Below are positions 35,233 through 44,505 of a DNA stretch of 64,000 nucleotides, in pieces. How positions within the stretch are numbered: the first letter of the stretch is position 1; each line of letters begins with the position of its first letter. A program made the translations under genes and the position numbers. The notes under the pieces were generated by a model. That model saw only the letters and a program-made list of their open reading frames with translations, was not told the DNA's origin and made no database searches. Origin of the DNA: a virus (lineage: Duplodnaviria > Caudoviricetes); the IMG/VR virus record IMGVR_UViG_2791355104_000001, one strand, 5' to 3'.

Positions 35233-36144
35233 ATGGCTCAAGCACCAAGCGAAATTGTTTATATTGGGGACAGGTTTAAATTTATAGATTTCACATCAAG
35301 GTGGGCACCCGCACCATTTCACAGGTTAATAACATTTCAAGATGGCGCTGTAGGTGATGGAGTGCAAGGAATGCCTGATGGGTTTGATGGCGATGCTGGG
35401 CAGAGTACCTATTCTGATGAGGTCTTATATAAGGGGCGGCAGGTTTGTAAATGTTTTTTGCCGCAAGGCTCTGTGGGGCAGCTTTCTTTTGGCGGGGCTG
35501 TCACGTCAGGGGTTAGAGTAGAAAGAGGGCAGACGGTCTGGATACGCTCTATTATATACTTGCCCTCGTCCTTTGACCTCAATGAATCTATGGCGGGGGG
35601 TGGTGCTATGAAGTATATGCGCCAGAAAGTTACCAACGACTCTTATTCAGTAGGGCATGCTGATTTATATATACCCGCACCAGATTTAGGTTTGCCTGGG
35701 CCATTCAAGCTAGTTATGGAGGCTCACACTTCACAAAGCCAAGGCCATGCAACTCACAACAGTAATATAAATGTTGGAAATCTTGACGACTACCAGCTTC
35801 CGAGGGATGAGTTTGTGGAAGTGCAATATGCAGTCACACACGATATCGGCCACTATGAAGAAAGCCGTTGCGTAGCCAGAGTTTGGGTTGGCGACACGCT
35901 TCTTGCGGAGAAAAGGGATTTTCACACGATGATAGGTGATACGGATTATTGCGACGTTATCAGGCTGTTTGGTTACTTTAATGCTAATTACAACCCTCCC
36001 AATAGTCCTGATTACGATCCTAACGGCGGTGAGCATGGAGTCACTAAAGATATGCACTGCTATTGCGCAGAGTTTGAATGCACAACGGTAGAGCCTACTT
36101 ATACTGATGCGTTCGGCAATCCTAAACTACCAACGAGACTATAA
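35233..36144 (+). CDS. Beta-rich protein, possibly polysaccharide-lyase/ConA-like fold
   Basis: TVWIRSIIYLPSSFD, MKYMR, RVWVGDTLL beta-strand pattern; fold call is inference. Confidence 0.55.
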   Translation: MAQAPSEIVYIGDRFKFIDFTSRWAPAPFHRLITFQDGAVGDGVQGMPDGFDGDAGQSTYSDEVLYKGRQVCKCFLPQGSVGQLSFGGAVTSGVRVERGQTVWIRSIIYLPSSFDLNESMAGGGAMKYMRQKVTNDSYSVGHADLYIPAPDLGLPGPFKLVMEAHTSQSQGHATHNSNINVGNLDDYQLPRDEFVEVQYAVTHDIGHYEESRCVARVWVGDTLLAEKRDFHTMIGDTDYCDVIRLFGYFNANYNPPNSPDYDPNGGEHGVTKDMHCYCAEFECTTVEPTYTDAFGNPKLPTRL

Positions 36145-36147
36145 ACG

Positions 36148-37788
36148 ATGCCAAATATTAATTACGGTTGGTTTTTCACTCTTAGCGAAAGCGCCCCTAT
36201 ACCAACACCAATTACAGGGCTGTCAGGCAGTGACTGGGAGGTGGGATTTACTGCGATTAAGGCGTCTCAAGACGACGGCGCAAAAATATATTTCTCAGGT
36301 GGGCAAGGCGATGAGTACCGCTCAGTTGATAGGGATGTTTCTTTTAGAAAAGCTGCAACGCAGATTGCTATATGGCGGCATCCTCATTGGAAAAACATCC
36401 CTTACCACACGACCCTAAGGGGAGAGGCGGCATCTATTCGATTAGATGCGGAAGGTCACTCCGGGTTGTTTTCAGAGAGCAACGGCGGCACAAACGTCTT
36501 TTTTGATATACGCCAACTGGGTATTATATCTGGAAATACTAACCCCTTCCAGATGTCAAAGCTCAAAGCTAGAACGGTATCTACTGATACTATAAAAGCC
36601 GACTGGGACGGCAATAAAGTATTAAACGCAGCTGGGACAGATTTCATTTTAAGAACGGAGGCGAATGCAAATCCCACGTTAGCAGATTCTGGCTACGAGC
36701 TAAAGCTGTACGATGTATCAGGCAATAATAACCATGTAACACTACCTGCGAGCACCACTTGGCAGTTCATATCGTCCGTAACATTGCCAACCGAGGTGGT
36801 TGCTGGCTCCACCGGTAATGTTTTTGAAGCTCCCGTAGGATTCACAGTTGAAGATGTGACTATAGGTGGCTATTCCGTACCATTCACTTTCAATCAGGCG
36901 GATGGGACAGGTACTTTTGACGCGCCGGATATGGGTGATACTGTTGCAGGGTTTCCTCTATTTGGTGAAACAACACAAATTCAATTGATTGATAACACTA
37001 ACGGAAACACTGCTGAAGTTTTGACGCGATGGATCCCACCCTCGCCATATAGCTACGCGACGTTTATATCCAATCCAGATAATACAAAAGTAAACAACGC
37101 TTATTATCAGTGGTCAGATCCTCCATTGGCAGGGCATCAAGCTATATTTGATGCCAGTAAGTATACGATTAACAGCTATGGTAGCTTGTCAGTAGTGACA
37201 ACAGAACCATCATTTGAAGTTACTGAATACTTAAATGATGGAGATCTCAAGGCGTTTCAAAGGTCGTCTAGTAAATCTGGAGAAGCCCCCTTTGACACCA
37301 CGAAACCTCAGATAAGCATCCCGGGCGAAAATCCGCTGACTATCCAGCAGAATTCGACGTTTACTGCGCCAACTGCGACTGTCACTGATAATGGTGCGCA
37401 AATTGGCGCGGTTGAGGGTACGGGAACTGTAGATACCGCAACACCAGGTGAATACACGATAACGTACCCCGGTGCAGAGTTCGTAGACTCCGCTGGTAAT
37501 GTGGCTGACGACGCGACGCTGACGGTTATTGTAGAAGAGGCCGCTGCTATGGCAAAAATCGATATCACTTCCGGCACAGGCTTAGAGGACGGCGATTATC
37601 GCGTGATGCTCTGGTCTGGTCATACTACGAACGACCCGGTCATCTACGACAATGTGCTACCGTTTGTTGATGGAGTTGCGAGCGTCACTGGACTGGATGC
37701 AGCTCTAGTCGGACAGACGATTTACGGCGTTGCTCAGCACCCTACGCTCGGGGGCATTCAAATCAAGAAGGTGGCCGTCAATGAGTAA
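36148..37788 (+). CDS. Beta-rich protein with C-terminal Ig-like (DUF5011-type) domain
   Basis: DTTKPQISIPGENPLTI...GTVDTATPGEYTITY; no signal peptide. Confidence 0.75.
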   Translation: MPNINYGWFFTLSESAPIPTPITGLSGSDWEVGFTAIKASQDDGAKIYFSGGQGDEYRSVDRDVSFRKAATQIAIWRHPHWKNIPYHTTLRGEAASIRLDAEGHSGLFSESNGGTNVFFDIRQLGIISGNTNPFQMSKLKARTVSTDTIKADWDGNKVLNAAGTDFILRTEANANPTLADSGYELKLYDVSGNNNHVTLPASTTWQFISSVTLPTEVVAGSTGNVFEAPVGFTVEDVTIGGYSVPFTFNQADGTGTFDAPDMGDTVAGFPLFGETTQIQLIDNTNGNTAEVLTRWIPPSPYSYATFISNPDNTKVNNAYYQWSDPPLAGHQAIFDASKYTINSYGSLSVVTTEPSFEVTEYLNDGDLKAFQRSSSKSGEAPFDTTKPQISIPGENPLTIQQNSTFTAPTATVTDNGAQIGAVEGTGTVDTATPGEYTITYPGAEFVDSAGNVADDATLTVIVEEAAAMAKIDITSGTGLEDGDYRVMLWSGHTTNDPVIYDNVLPFVDGVASVTGLDAALVGQTIYGVAQHPTLGGIQIKKVAVNE

Positions 37789-38818
37789 CTATAACCAGGC
37801 TCAGGCGTTCAATGAATATGGTGGGGCGGTAAATACGCCTCCCCAGTTCAACGATGTAGGCACCATCACCGCTGTAATAGGCGCTGTCGTTTCGCTAGGC
37901 GCAGACATCACTATTACTGATGACGGCACAGTGGTTACGCTGGCATGGACACAAGTCGGCGGTAACGATGCGACGATTAATAATCCGGGTGTCAAGAACG
38001 CGAACATCGATACCAGCGCGTTAAGTGAGGGCACTCGCACTTTCAGGCTGACGGCAACAGACGACGAGGGCGCTACCTCTTACATCGAACGTGACTTAGT
38101 GCTTGCGTTGCCTGCTGATGTTACGCCGCCTGTTATCAGTCTCAACGGGCCGGAATCAGTAACTTTAAGAGTGGGCGAGACATATACGCCTCCGCCAGCA
38201 ACGGCACTCGATGAACGCGACGGAGATGTGACTGAGCGTATAACGATTAACAATCCGGTCGATATGGAGCAGGCAGGAACCTACACTGTTACGTTTAACG
38301 CAACCGACTTAAGCGACAATGCAGCAGAGCCAGTCACGCAGACTGTTATTGTGGAAGTTTACGTTGCAACTGCTGAAGAAGTTCTGGAAATTCTCTCTCT
38401 GCTCGAATTCGAAATCGTTAACGATGGCAATGTCACGGCGTATTACGGGCGAGCTAACCGAGAGCGGTTTAGACTGAAACCGACCGCAACTGCTGAAGTA
38501 GATTTAACTAAACTTGCGCTTATTGATGAGTTCCTCGACTTCTCGAAAAACCACGTCACGAAAGTAGAGCTACTCAGCAACAAAAAAACAATTTCGTCTG
38601 AAACTAATGCGGTAATGATAAAAAAAGAGTCTTTGCTTGTAAGGCTGGGAGATTTAACGACGCCTGGCGTAAGCGGAAGAGACTTGGTTGTTACCTTTAT
38701 CGTGTACGTGGGAGATGATACAAGGGGTATTGTAATGTCAGGTCGGAATAGTTCAAAAGTAGTAAAAATGGAATTCTACGAAGAAGCCTCTGCAATTGAT
38801 AAGCTTCCGGCAGCTTAG
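37781..38818 (+). CDS. Protein with PKD-like and DUF5011-type Ig domains
   Basis: LAWTQVGG..FRLTATDDEG and DVTPPVISLNG...DERDGDVT...GTYTVTFNATD; no signal peptide. Confidence 0.8.
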   Translation: MSNYNQAQAFNEYGGAVNTPPQFNDVGTITAVIGAVVSLGADITITDDGTVVTLAWTQVGGNDATINNPGVKNANIDTSALSEGTRTFRLTATDDEGATSYIERDLVLALPADVTPPVISLNGPESVTLRVGETYTPPPATALDERDGDVTERITINNPVDMEQAGTYTVTFNATDLSDNAAEPVTQTVIVEVYVATAEEVLEILSLLEFEIVNDGNVTAYYGRANRERFRLKPTATAEVDLTKLALIDEFLDFSKNHVTKVELLSNKKTISSETNAVMIKKESLLVRLGDLTTPGVSGRDLVVTFIVYVGDDTRGIVMSGRNSSKVVKMEFYEEASAIDKLPAA

Positions 38819-38834
38819 GCGTATGATGCAGTAT

Positions 38835-38856
38835 TAAAAAAGGCCGGCTAACCGGC
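38835..38856 (-). terminator. Intrinsic terminator of PEP-CTERM 2
   Basis: Minus strand GGCCGG-TTAG-CCGGCC-TTTTTT. Confidence 0.7.
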
Positions 38857-38863
38857 CAATCAT

Positions 38864-39481
38864 TTATTTTTTAGACCTTCTGAATCCAGCAAAAGCCAAC
38901 CCTAAGCCAAAGAGTGCAGCCGTGGCAGGCTCTGGAACAAAGAAATACGGTTCGTCAGCTAGCGTAAACTTATTTCCATCAAGAAACGCAAGCGTGATGG
39001 CGCCGTCTTGCTCAAAGTCATATCGCCAATCATCCGTAAATGCGGCTAAGCCAAAACTGAAACCATCGTTTAACTGTTCTGCATACGCCAATCCGGACCA
39101 CGGATTAGGCTCATCGTAAATAAAGTTTTCAAGTGTGCCTAGGTCAAGAGAGCCAACAGCGGTGCGTTTACCGCTAAAAGCGTGATCTATACGCATTACA
39201 AAGCCGAAGAAACCGTTAAGCATGCCTATCAAGTAAAAAGGCTTCTCATAATGGGAATTATCCATATCGATGTTTAATTCCCATTTATAATAGAGTGGGT
39301 TGTCAAATGCGAATTCGAATTCATTGTCTCCAACTGCTATATGGCCCAAGTAAGGAGATTCGTCCCAGTCAGAAGAAGTGTGAGTTGTATTGTCTAAGTG
39401 ATGTTGGTCATAGGTGTACATGAGAGCCGCATTAGCAGCAACAGGCATTAAAAAGGCGAGTGCAAGGATCAGTCGTTTCAT
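38864..39481 (-). CDS. PEP-CTERM surface protein 2
   Basis: Signal peptide MKRLILALAFLMPVAANA; C-terminal VPEPATAALFGLGLAFAGFRRSKK. Confidence 0.93.
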   Translation of the reverse strand: MKRLILALAFLMPVAANAALMYTYDQHHLDNTTHTSSDWDESPYLGHIAVGDNEFEFAFDNPLYYKWELNIDMDNSHYEKPFYLIGMLNGFFGFVMRIDHAFSGKRTAVGSLDLGTLENFIYDEPNPWSGLAYAEQLNDGFSFGLAAFTDDWRYDFEQDGAITLAFLDGNKFTLADEPYFFVPEPATAALFGLGLAFAGFRRSKK

Positions 39482-39612
39482 GGTCAATTCCTTTTGTTGG
39501 TTATTTATTCAAATACTAATGTATACACAAATATAACAGCGCGCAACTTTTAGATCTGATTGTTGAGCGCAGGGGAATTTTAATACTAAACTTACTGATG
39601 TTTACGTTCTGC

Positions 39613-39807
39613 TCAGTCAAGTGATGTGGGTGCGTGGGTTTTATTTCTCATCCACCATGCGATTGCCTCAAGTTCGTCTACAGAAAAATCTGCATCAAGC
39701 TGAATGCTGTCGTCACCAGTCCAATCAACCCAATCTGTGCTGTCATGAAGGCTGTTATCTGGCTGTATTCTCTCCCCCAGTATCGCTCTCGCTTTCTCTT
39801 CGTTCAT
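39613..39807 (-). CDS. Small acidic phage protein
   Basis: 64-aa ORF with GGGA RBS; LDADFSVDELEAIAWWM. Confidence 0.6.
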   Translation of the reverse strand: MNEEKARAILGERIQPDNSLHDSTDWVDWTGDDSIQLDADFSVDELEAIAWWMRNKTHAPTSLD

Positions 39808-40004
39808 AGCTATTCCCAGTCAAATTACTTGTAATTGATTTCCTAACTTAATCATACCGAAAAACGGCAAAACAAACACTTAAATAGCGCAAGTCGTTAG
39901 GAACGCATAGCCTTAACTCACCGGAACTGCCGAATAGTTCAAAGGGATTTGAATCCCTTTTGTGGGCCAATTCGGTGTAACCTTATACAGTGGTTTCAAA
40001 AACC

Positions 40005-40017
40005 TAAGTTATTGATT
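40005..40017. promoter_or_regulatory. IHF consensus site in the prophage att arm
   Basis: TAAGTTATTGATT matches YAANNNNTTGATW. Confidence 0.65.
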
Positions 40018-40129
40018 CCAAAAGGTGCGCCATTTCCGGAAATAGCTTTTTTGCCGCCCCCTTAAACAGTCGATTTTCATGGGTTAAGATGCTGAAATAA
40101 AAGGATTTTGCACTACCTTTCGCCGCCAA

Positions 40130-40175
40130 CTTGACATGGTAGAGGTCGCCTGTTCGAATCAGGCTAGACGCACCA
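40130..40175 (+). pseudogene. 3' half of tRNA-Val(GAC): att core (attR of the prophage)
   Basis: CTTGACATGGTAGAGGTCGCCTGTTCGAATCAGGCTAGACGCACCA has anticodon loop, T-arm and CCA; no matching 5' acceptor strand or D-arm upstream. Confidence 0.9.
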
Positions 40176-40331
40176 TCTATTTTACTTCCAGAAATTCGTT
40201 CCGACGTTATTTTAAAAATATTTGAATTTCTTAACTCATTGACGGCATTGAATTAATCGGTTTTAAGCAGTTTTTTCAGAATCTCTGTTTCTTTTCGTTT
40301 TTCCTCTGAAAACTGATGAATACTGTCAGGA

Positions 40332-40370
40332 TGGTCACGAGTGGTCACAATTCGTGACCATCCGTGACCA
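40332..40370. repeat. Four 10-bp-phased GGTCAC/GTGACC sites (two direct, two inverted), likely integrase arm sites
   Basis: TGGTCACGA-G-TGGTCACAA-T-TCGTGACCA-T-CCGTGACCA. Confidence 0.65.
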
Positions 40371-40422
40371 AATCTAGACTTTACTCCCTCGTTATTTGCC
40401 GTTAAAAAGCCATAGAGATTTC

Positions 40423-41247
40423 CTATTGCTGCATTTTGTATTTAACAAAGTCACCCAAAAAAATTTCCCAATTCTGCTTCGCACAACCACGTATTAAATT
40501 GTGCAATGCTGTTTTTTCATGAGTTTTTAGCGAAGTGGCGTTACGAAATAATATGCTGTTTGAAAATATGCCGTAACCGTTTGTCGCGCAGTTAACATTA
40601 AACAACGTGACCCCTTCAATCGATGCAAATGCAATATATTCATTATCTCCAGTATTTCTGAAGAATAAATGCAGGCGCACTTGATTATCTAAAAGTATGT
40701 AGTGGCCATCAGAGGAGAATAAATTGTCTTTTAACCGTAAATTTGGATGAGCGCACAAAAGTAATATGGATTCTGCGGAAATAGACATTTCTGATTCAAA
40801 GGCGTATTTTTTCACTTTTAAGAGCTTTAAGCAGCCGCTTTTTAATGTCGAGCGATGCATGCCTTTTTCAGCAGAAGCTTTTTTTAAGCTGCTAAATGTG
40901 CGCCCTTCTGAATCTGTGACCATTAAGGCATTGCTATGTCGAGTAGGGGAGTGACTGGGCAAATCAAGCCACTCTCTAATGCGTCTTCGCCTTAAAGATA
41001 AACGTTTACCTACGCTACCTGCTTTAATTTTCTCTTGAGCCGCAAATTGTTCTATACGGTCTTGATAGTTCATCGTTGGCAGTTTTCGCTCTACAATTTC
41101 AAGCGCTTCATAAATATTCCATCCGCAGCGGACTCGTTCGAGCACTTTATCGCTATTTAATCCAAAGGTTCTGGCTGCAGCAGACAAGCTGTCATAAACC
41201 TGACCTTGTACTTCAACTTGCTTATTATTAGATACATGAGATGTCAT
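40423..41247 (-). CDS. Protein with NUMOD1-like DNA-binding repeats
   Basis: VQGQVYDSLSAAARTFG...RVRCGW..YEAL and EGRTFSSLKKASAEKG; AAGGAG RBS before ATG 41247. Confidence 0.6.
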   Translation of the reverse strand: MTSHVSNNKQVEVQGQVYDSLSAAARTFGLNSDKVLERVRCGWNIYEALEIVERKLPTMNYQDRIEQFAAQEKIKAGSVGKRLSLRRRRIREWLDLPSHSPTRHSNALMVTDSEGRTFSSLKKASAEKGMHRSTLKSGCLKLLKVKKYAFESEMSISAESILLLCAHPNLRLKDNLFSSDGHYILLDNQVRLHLFFRNTGDNEYIAFASIEGVTLFNVNCATNGYGIFSNSILFRNATSLKTHEKTALHNLIRGCAKQNWEIFLGDFVKYKMQQ

Positions 41248-41463
41248 GGAATTACTCCTTTCAGTTAAATTCCACAACAGTGTGTTAATTTTTGAGCTTT
41301 TCAAAAACTATCGAACCGAGAAACTAAAAGTGGGCCTATAGAAAGAATAAGTGAAGTGAGAAAAATTAAACGCCCCCGGCACTGTTAAAAAAACTCGAAG
41401 GCACTCGAAGATGAACGAATAGTGAGCATCGGCGCGTAACTGAGGCCCGACGCGAGTGTGTTC

Positions 41464-42042
41464 TTAAGTTCTGATATAGTTTTTATCTAGTGACAAAGTA
41501 ATATATCTCTGTAATAGGAAAGGCTCTTGTCTGTCTCGTAAGTATACCTTAGCTTGAAGTACATACTCACCGTTTGCCAATTCTTTTAAAAGGAATCTAT
41601 TTTGTTTTTGCGATCTAGTTTGTATGGGTTCTTCGTAACTTTTATGCAAGAAATACTCAACGTATTTGACTCTATCCAATGCTCCTTTGTAGTAAGAATC
41701 TACAACAACTCTAATATCGTAATGCGGGATTCCGGTTAAACCAGTTCTTGCTTGAAATTCTGATTGCTTCTCCTCTCGCAGAAAAGAAATGTGGTTCAGA
41801 AAGACGTAGTCTGCAGGAATTTTTTCTGCTTCAATTAGCTCAGTCTGCGCTGGCTGCCCTGCTCCTATGGCAACACTTGCTGGCTCGACAGATAGCTCTA
41901 CATACTCACTAACTTTTAGAGAAAAACCACCCCCTGAATTTTTTGAGTGCATAAAAAGGTTCCATGCGAAGAAAAGCGCAAACCCTATTAAGCAAAATTC
42001 AATGATCTTAAAAACGACTTCAATCACCTGGCTAATTTCCAT
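41464..42042 (-). CDS. TM-anchored prokaryotic YEATS-domain protein
   Basis: N-terminal TM; LDRVKYVEYFLHKSY.EP...NRFLLKELANGEYVLQAKVY. Confidence 0.8.
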   Translation of the reverse strand: MEISQVIEVVFKIIEFCLIGFALFFAWNLFMHSKNSGGGFSLKVSEYVELSVEPASVAIGAGQPAQTELIEAEKIPADYVFLNHISFLREEKQSEFQARTGLTGIPHYDIRVVVDSYYKGALDRVKYVEYFLHKSYEEPIQTRSQKQNRFLLKELANGEYVLQAKVYLRDRQEPFLLQRYITLSLDKNYIRT

Positions 42043-42672
42043 TGTTTACCCTCCGTCCGTGACATAAATGGTCTTACTTATTAAATGTGGACATCCATGT
42101 TGAACGTATGCCACTTCGTATTTATATGGCTTGCATAGCACAGTGTTTTTTTACAGGGGTGCGTTACAACAAAATTTTATTTCTTAAAGTGAGTTGAATT
42201 TCTCTCCGAAAATCAGTTTGATTTCTATGAGATTAGTCAATTATTCCACCACGATATTGTCTCAGCAATTGGATCTTCTATCCATGCTGAAAGTTTCACC
42301 GATACTTATTGCTAGGTCGTGGTATTGTATGAAACTAAATTACATAGATCTGTTATTATGAACTATTAACTCAAGTTATACACTCCGATGATTAAACGCG
42401 CTATTGAGATATCGCACAAGTAGACTATTTAATCATATGTGGCAATGAAATCCCTGTTCACAATAGTTCTTGAGTATAAACCCGTGACCGTGGTTAAATA
42501 ATATCCAATCAGTTTCACTTACGTTTCAGCTCCCACAGAGACCCCCTCAGACAACGTCGATCTGTCTTATAAATTAGTTAGTAATAATTGTAATTAGCAA
42601 TTGTAATTATTATGTATTTGAGGTTACTTTGCGATAACAATAGTTGAAATTAAGTTAGTACAAGGATGTTAA

Positions 42673-43872
42673 ATGAAATTAACGACAATCGAACAATCAG
42701 CAAAACGCCTATTTGATGCTCGTGTTAGGCACGTTAAATATCGTGGTCTCGAAGAATTGCACAACATTCTTGAAGAGTCTTATAAACTTCACGAAAGGCT
42801 AAAAATTGTTCCGGGAAAAAAGGAAGGGCTTCAAAATATAGATGAATTTTTATTGCTTAAAGCGCTACGTAACTACTCAGTTCATACAGGAGATTTCTTC
42901 GGTGGTGTTTATACATATGATCTCGAAAAGCTTGCTCCGGAGTTTTTGCGTTTCCATATAAGTCTTTACCAACTATGTCTAATAAATAAAAACGAAGTGA
43001 AGCGAGCGATCAATTCTGAGAAGCCGCTGCTAAACTACGCACAGGAGCAGGCTAAACTTGAAGCTATTAATCGTCAGTTAATACCTTATGGAGATTACTA
43101 TGATCTAGAGCCAGTTGTTTTTAATTTCATTGCAAAACTCTATGAAGAGCTACTTCCGTTGAGACTATCTATATCAGGGGAAGGTTATTCCACCATACAA
43201 GATTCCTACAATGAAGAAACCCGTGCTGGCATGAGCCATTATGTACCAGTAGAGCCTATCCCTTTTCCTTTTGAAAAGGACAAATTTATGGAGAATCTAG
43301 TTCCACTTGGTAGTGGAAAACTGGAAACCAGGGATGAATTCGAAAATATAACTACAACCGGCCTAAACTATTTAGGCTACACGTTGCTTCAAACTGAAGT
43401 TCCCCCAGGTTTTGAGTATCTGGTAGATGCGCATAAAACAATGGCTATGGAGCTTATTGGCAGTAAAAATGAATTTATAGAACTCGCTGCCTCTTTGCCG
43501 CACTATATGGGTGCTGCAGTCATCCTAGATGATGAAATGAAAGATATTAATGTACGGCAATTCAACATTAAGCAAGAGTTGGCGGCCTTACAGCAGCACG
43601 CCATCCAAATAAATGAAAAGCTATTACCTACACACGATGGAGAATTATTTATACTTGTTTGCGTATCAGGTAAAGCACGCCAGATCACTCCAAACCTTGT
43701 TTATAAGGACGAGCTATTCTCATTTTGTGAAGAATTGTCATCTCACCAGAATGAGAAAAAAAGCAATCAAAAAAATATAAAATTACGCGAATCAACTTCA
43801 ACCAAAGAAAATCACAAGAAAGCGCAAAGCAGGAAAAGAAAAGCTGCTTCAAAAGCTAGAAAAAGAAATTGA
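42673..43872 (+). CDS. Hypothetical protein with putative HEPN RNase motif and basic tail
   Basis: LKALRNYSVH (Rx4H) in helical N-domain; KKAQSRKRKAASKARKRN tail. Confidence 0.55.
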   Translation: MKLTTIEQSAKRLFDARVRHVKYRGLEELHNILEESYKLHERLKIVPGKKEGLQNIDEFLLLKALRNYSVHTGDFFGGVYTYDLEKLAPEFLRFHISLYQLCLINKNEVKRAINSEKPLLNYAQEQAKLEAINRQLIPYGDYYDLEPVVFNFIAKLYEELLPLRLSISGEGYSTIQDSYNEETRAGMSHYVPVEPIPFPFEKDKFMENLVPLGSGKLETRDEFENITTTGLNYLGYTLLQTEVPPGFEYLVDAHKTMAMELIGSKNEFIELAASLPHYMGAAVILDDEMKDINVRQFNIKQELAALQQHAIQINEKLLPTHDGELFILVCVSGKARQITPNLVYKDELFSFCEELSSHQNEKKSNQKNIKLRESTSTKENHKKAQSRKRKAASKARKRN

Positions 43873-43947
43873 AAATAGCAAGGTTGTACACCTTCTTACC
43901 GAATAATAGTGAGACACCTATATAGCTTTCAATTAAAAGAGGAAAGT

Positions 43948-44169
43948 CTAATCCGGCACATACTCAATCACATCCTCAATTTTACAATCAAAGAATTTAC
44001 ATAAAGCTTCTAGCGTGGTGATGCTGGTGTGATAGCCAGTGTTATTGGCTATTTTACTCATGGCTGAGCTTTGAATACCCACCTCATTTGCTAGAAACGA
44101 CAGTGTTATTTTTCTGCCTTCTTGCTCGGATTTCTGTTTTACCAGCTCTCTTATCTTGTACTTGATCAA
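43948..44169 (-). CDS. XRE/HTH_26 repressor of the island
   Basis: LANEVGIQSSAMSKIAN...TTLEALCKFFDCKIEDV; divergent from xis/int. Confidence 0.88.
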   Translation of the reverse strand: MIKYKIRELVKQKSEQEGRKITLSFLANEVGIQSSAMSKIANNTGYHTSITTLEALCKFFDCKIEDVIEYVPD

Positions 44170-44196
44170 AATACGTTTACCAAAAAATACACAAAA

Positions 44197-44247
44197 TTGT
44201 CTTGATAAGACGAAAAATGACTTGTATATTTGTCTTGTGAAGACGAA
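44197..44247. promoter_or_regulatory. Two palindromic operators between repressor and xis/int
   Basis: TTGTCTTGATAAGACGAA (44197-44214) and TTGTCTTGTGAAGACGAA (44230-44247), core GTCTT-N3-AAGAC. Confidence 0.8.
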
Positions 44248-44268
44248 AACAGGTCAAAGGAGGCCTTT

Positions 44269-44505
44269 ATGAAACAAACGTTACTCACAGCAAAAGAGCT
44301 CTCAGCCCGAATTAAATTTAGTGCCAACTACATCAATGCGGAGCTGCGAGACTCAATTTTCATCGAAGGTAAGCATTACATTCGACCATTCAATGGTAGA
44401 AAAATTCTATACATTTGGGAAGAGGTAGAAGCGTATTTGTATGAAAGTGCAGTTCGCAACGCCACATACATTCCCATGGCATCGGGGAGAGTGTGTCATG
44501 GGTAG
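44269..44505 (+). CDS. Excisionase/AlpA-like protein
   Basis: AAGGAGG RBS; LLTAKELSARI..., EGKHY.RP, wHTH pattern; overlaps int start. Confidence 0.8.
   Translation: MKQTLLTAKELSARIKFSANYINAELRDSIFIEGKHYIRPFNGRKILYIWEEVEAYLYESAVRNATYIPMASGRVCHG

Larger units (their letters stand above)
1..40175. mobile_element. Lambdoid (siphovirus-type) prophage, left end off-window, right end at tRNA-Val-derived att core
   Basis: Gene order cI/cro-O-DnaB-nin-Q-lysis-cos-terminase-portal-capsid-tail, then a 3' tRNA fragment at 40130-40175. Confidence 0.95.

Noticed and set aside
28983-39487. Diversity-generating retroelement acting on tail genes
   Set aside because: No reverse transcriptase and no template/variable repeat pair seen
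39975-39990. Near-SOS box GTGT-AACCTTAT-ACAG
   Set aside because: Mismatch in an invariant position and no clear target promoter
40081-40175. Intact tRNA-Val gene
   Set aside because: No 5' acceptor strand or D-arm; the upstream CACTACC is separated from the anticodon loop by unrelated sequence
44230-44268. ORF-track TTG start of xis
   Set aside because: It lies in an operator palindrome; AAGGAGG precedes ATG 44269
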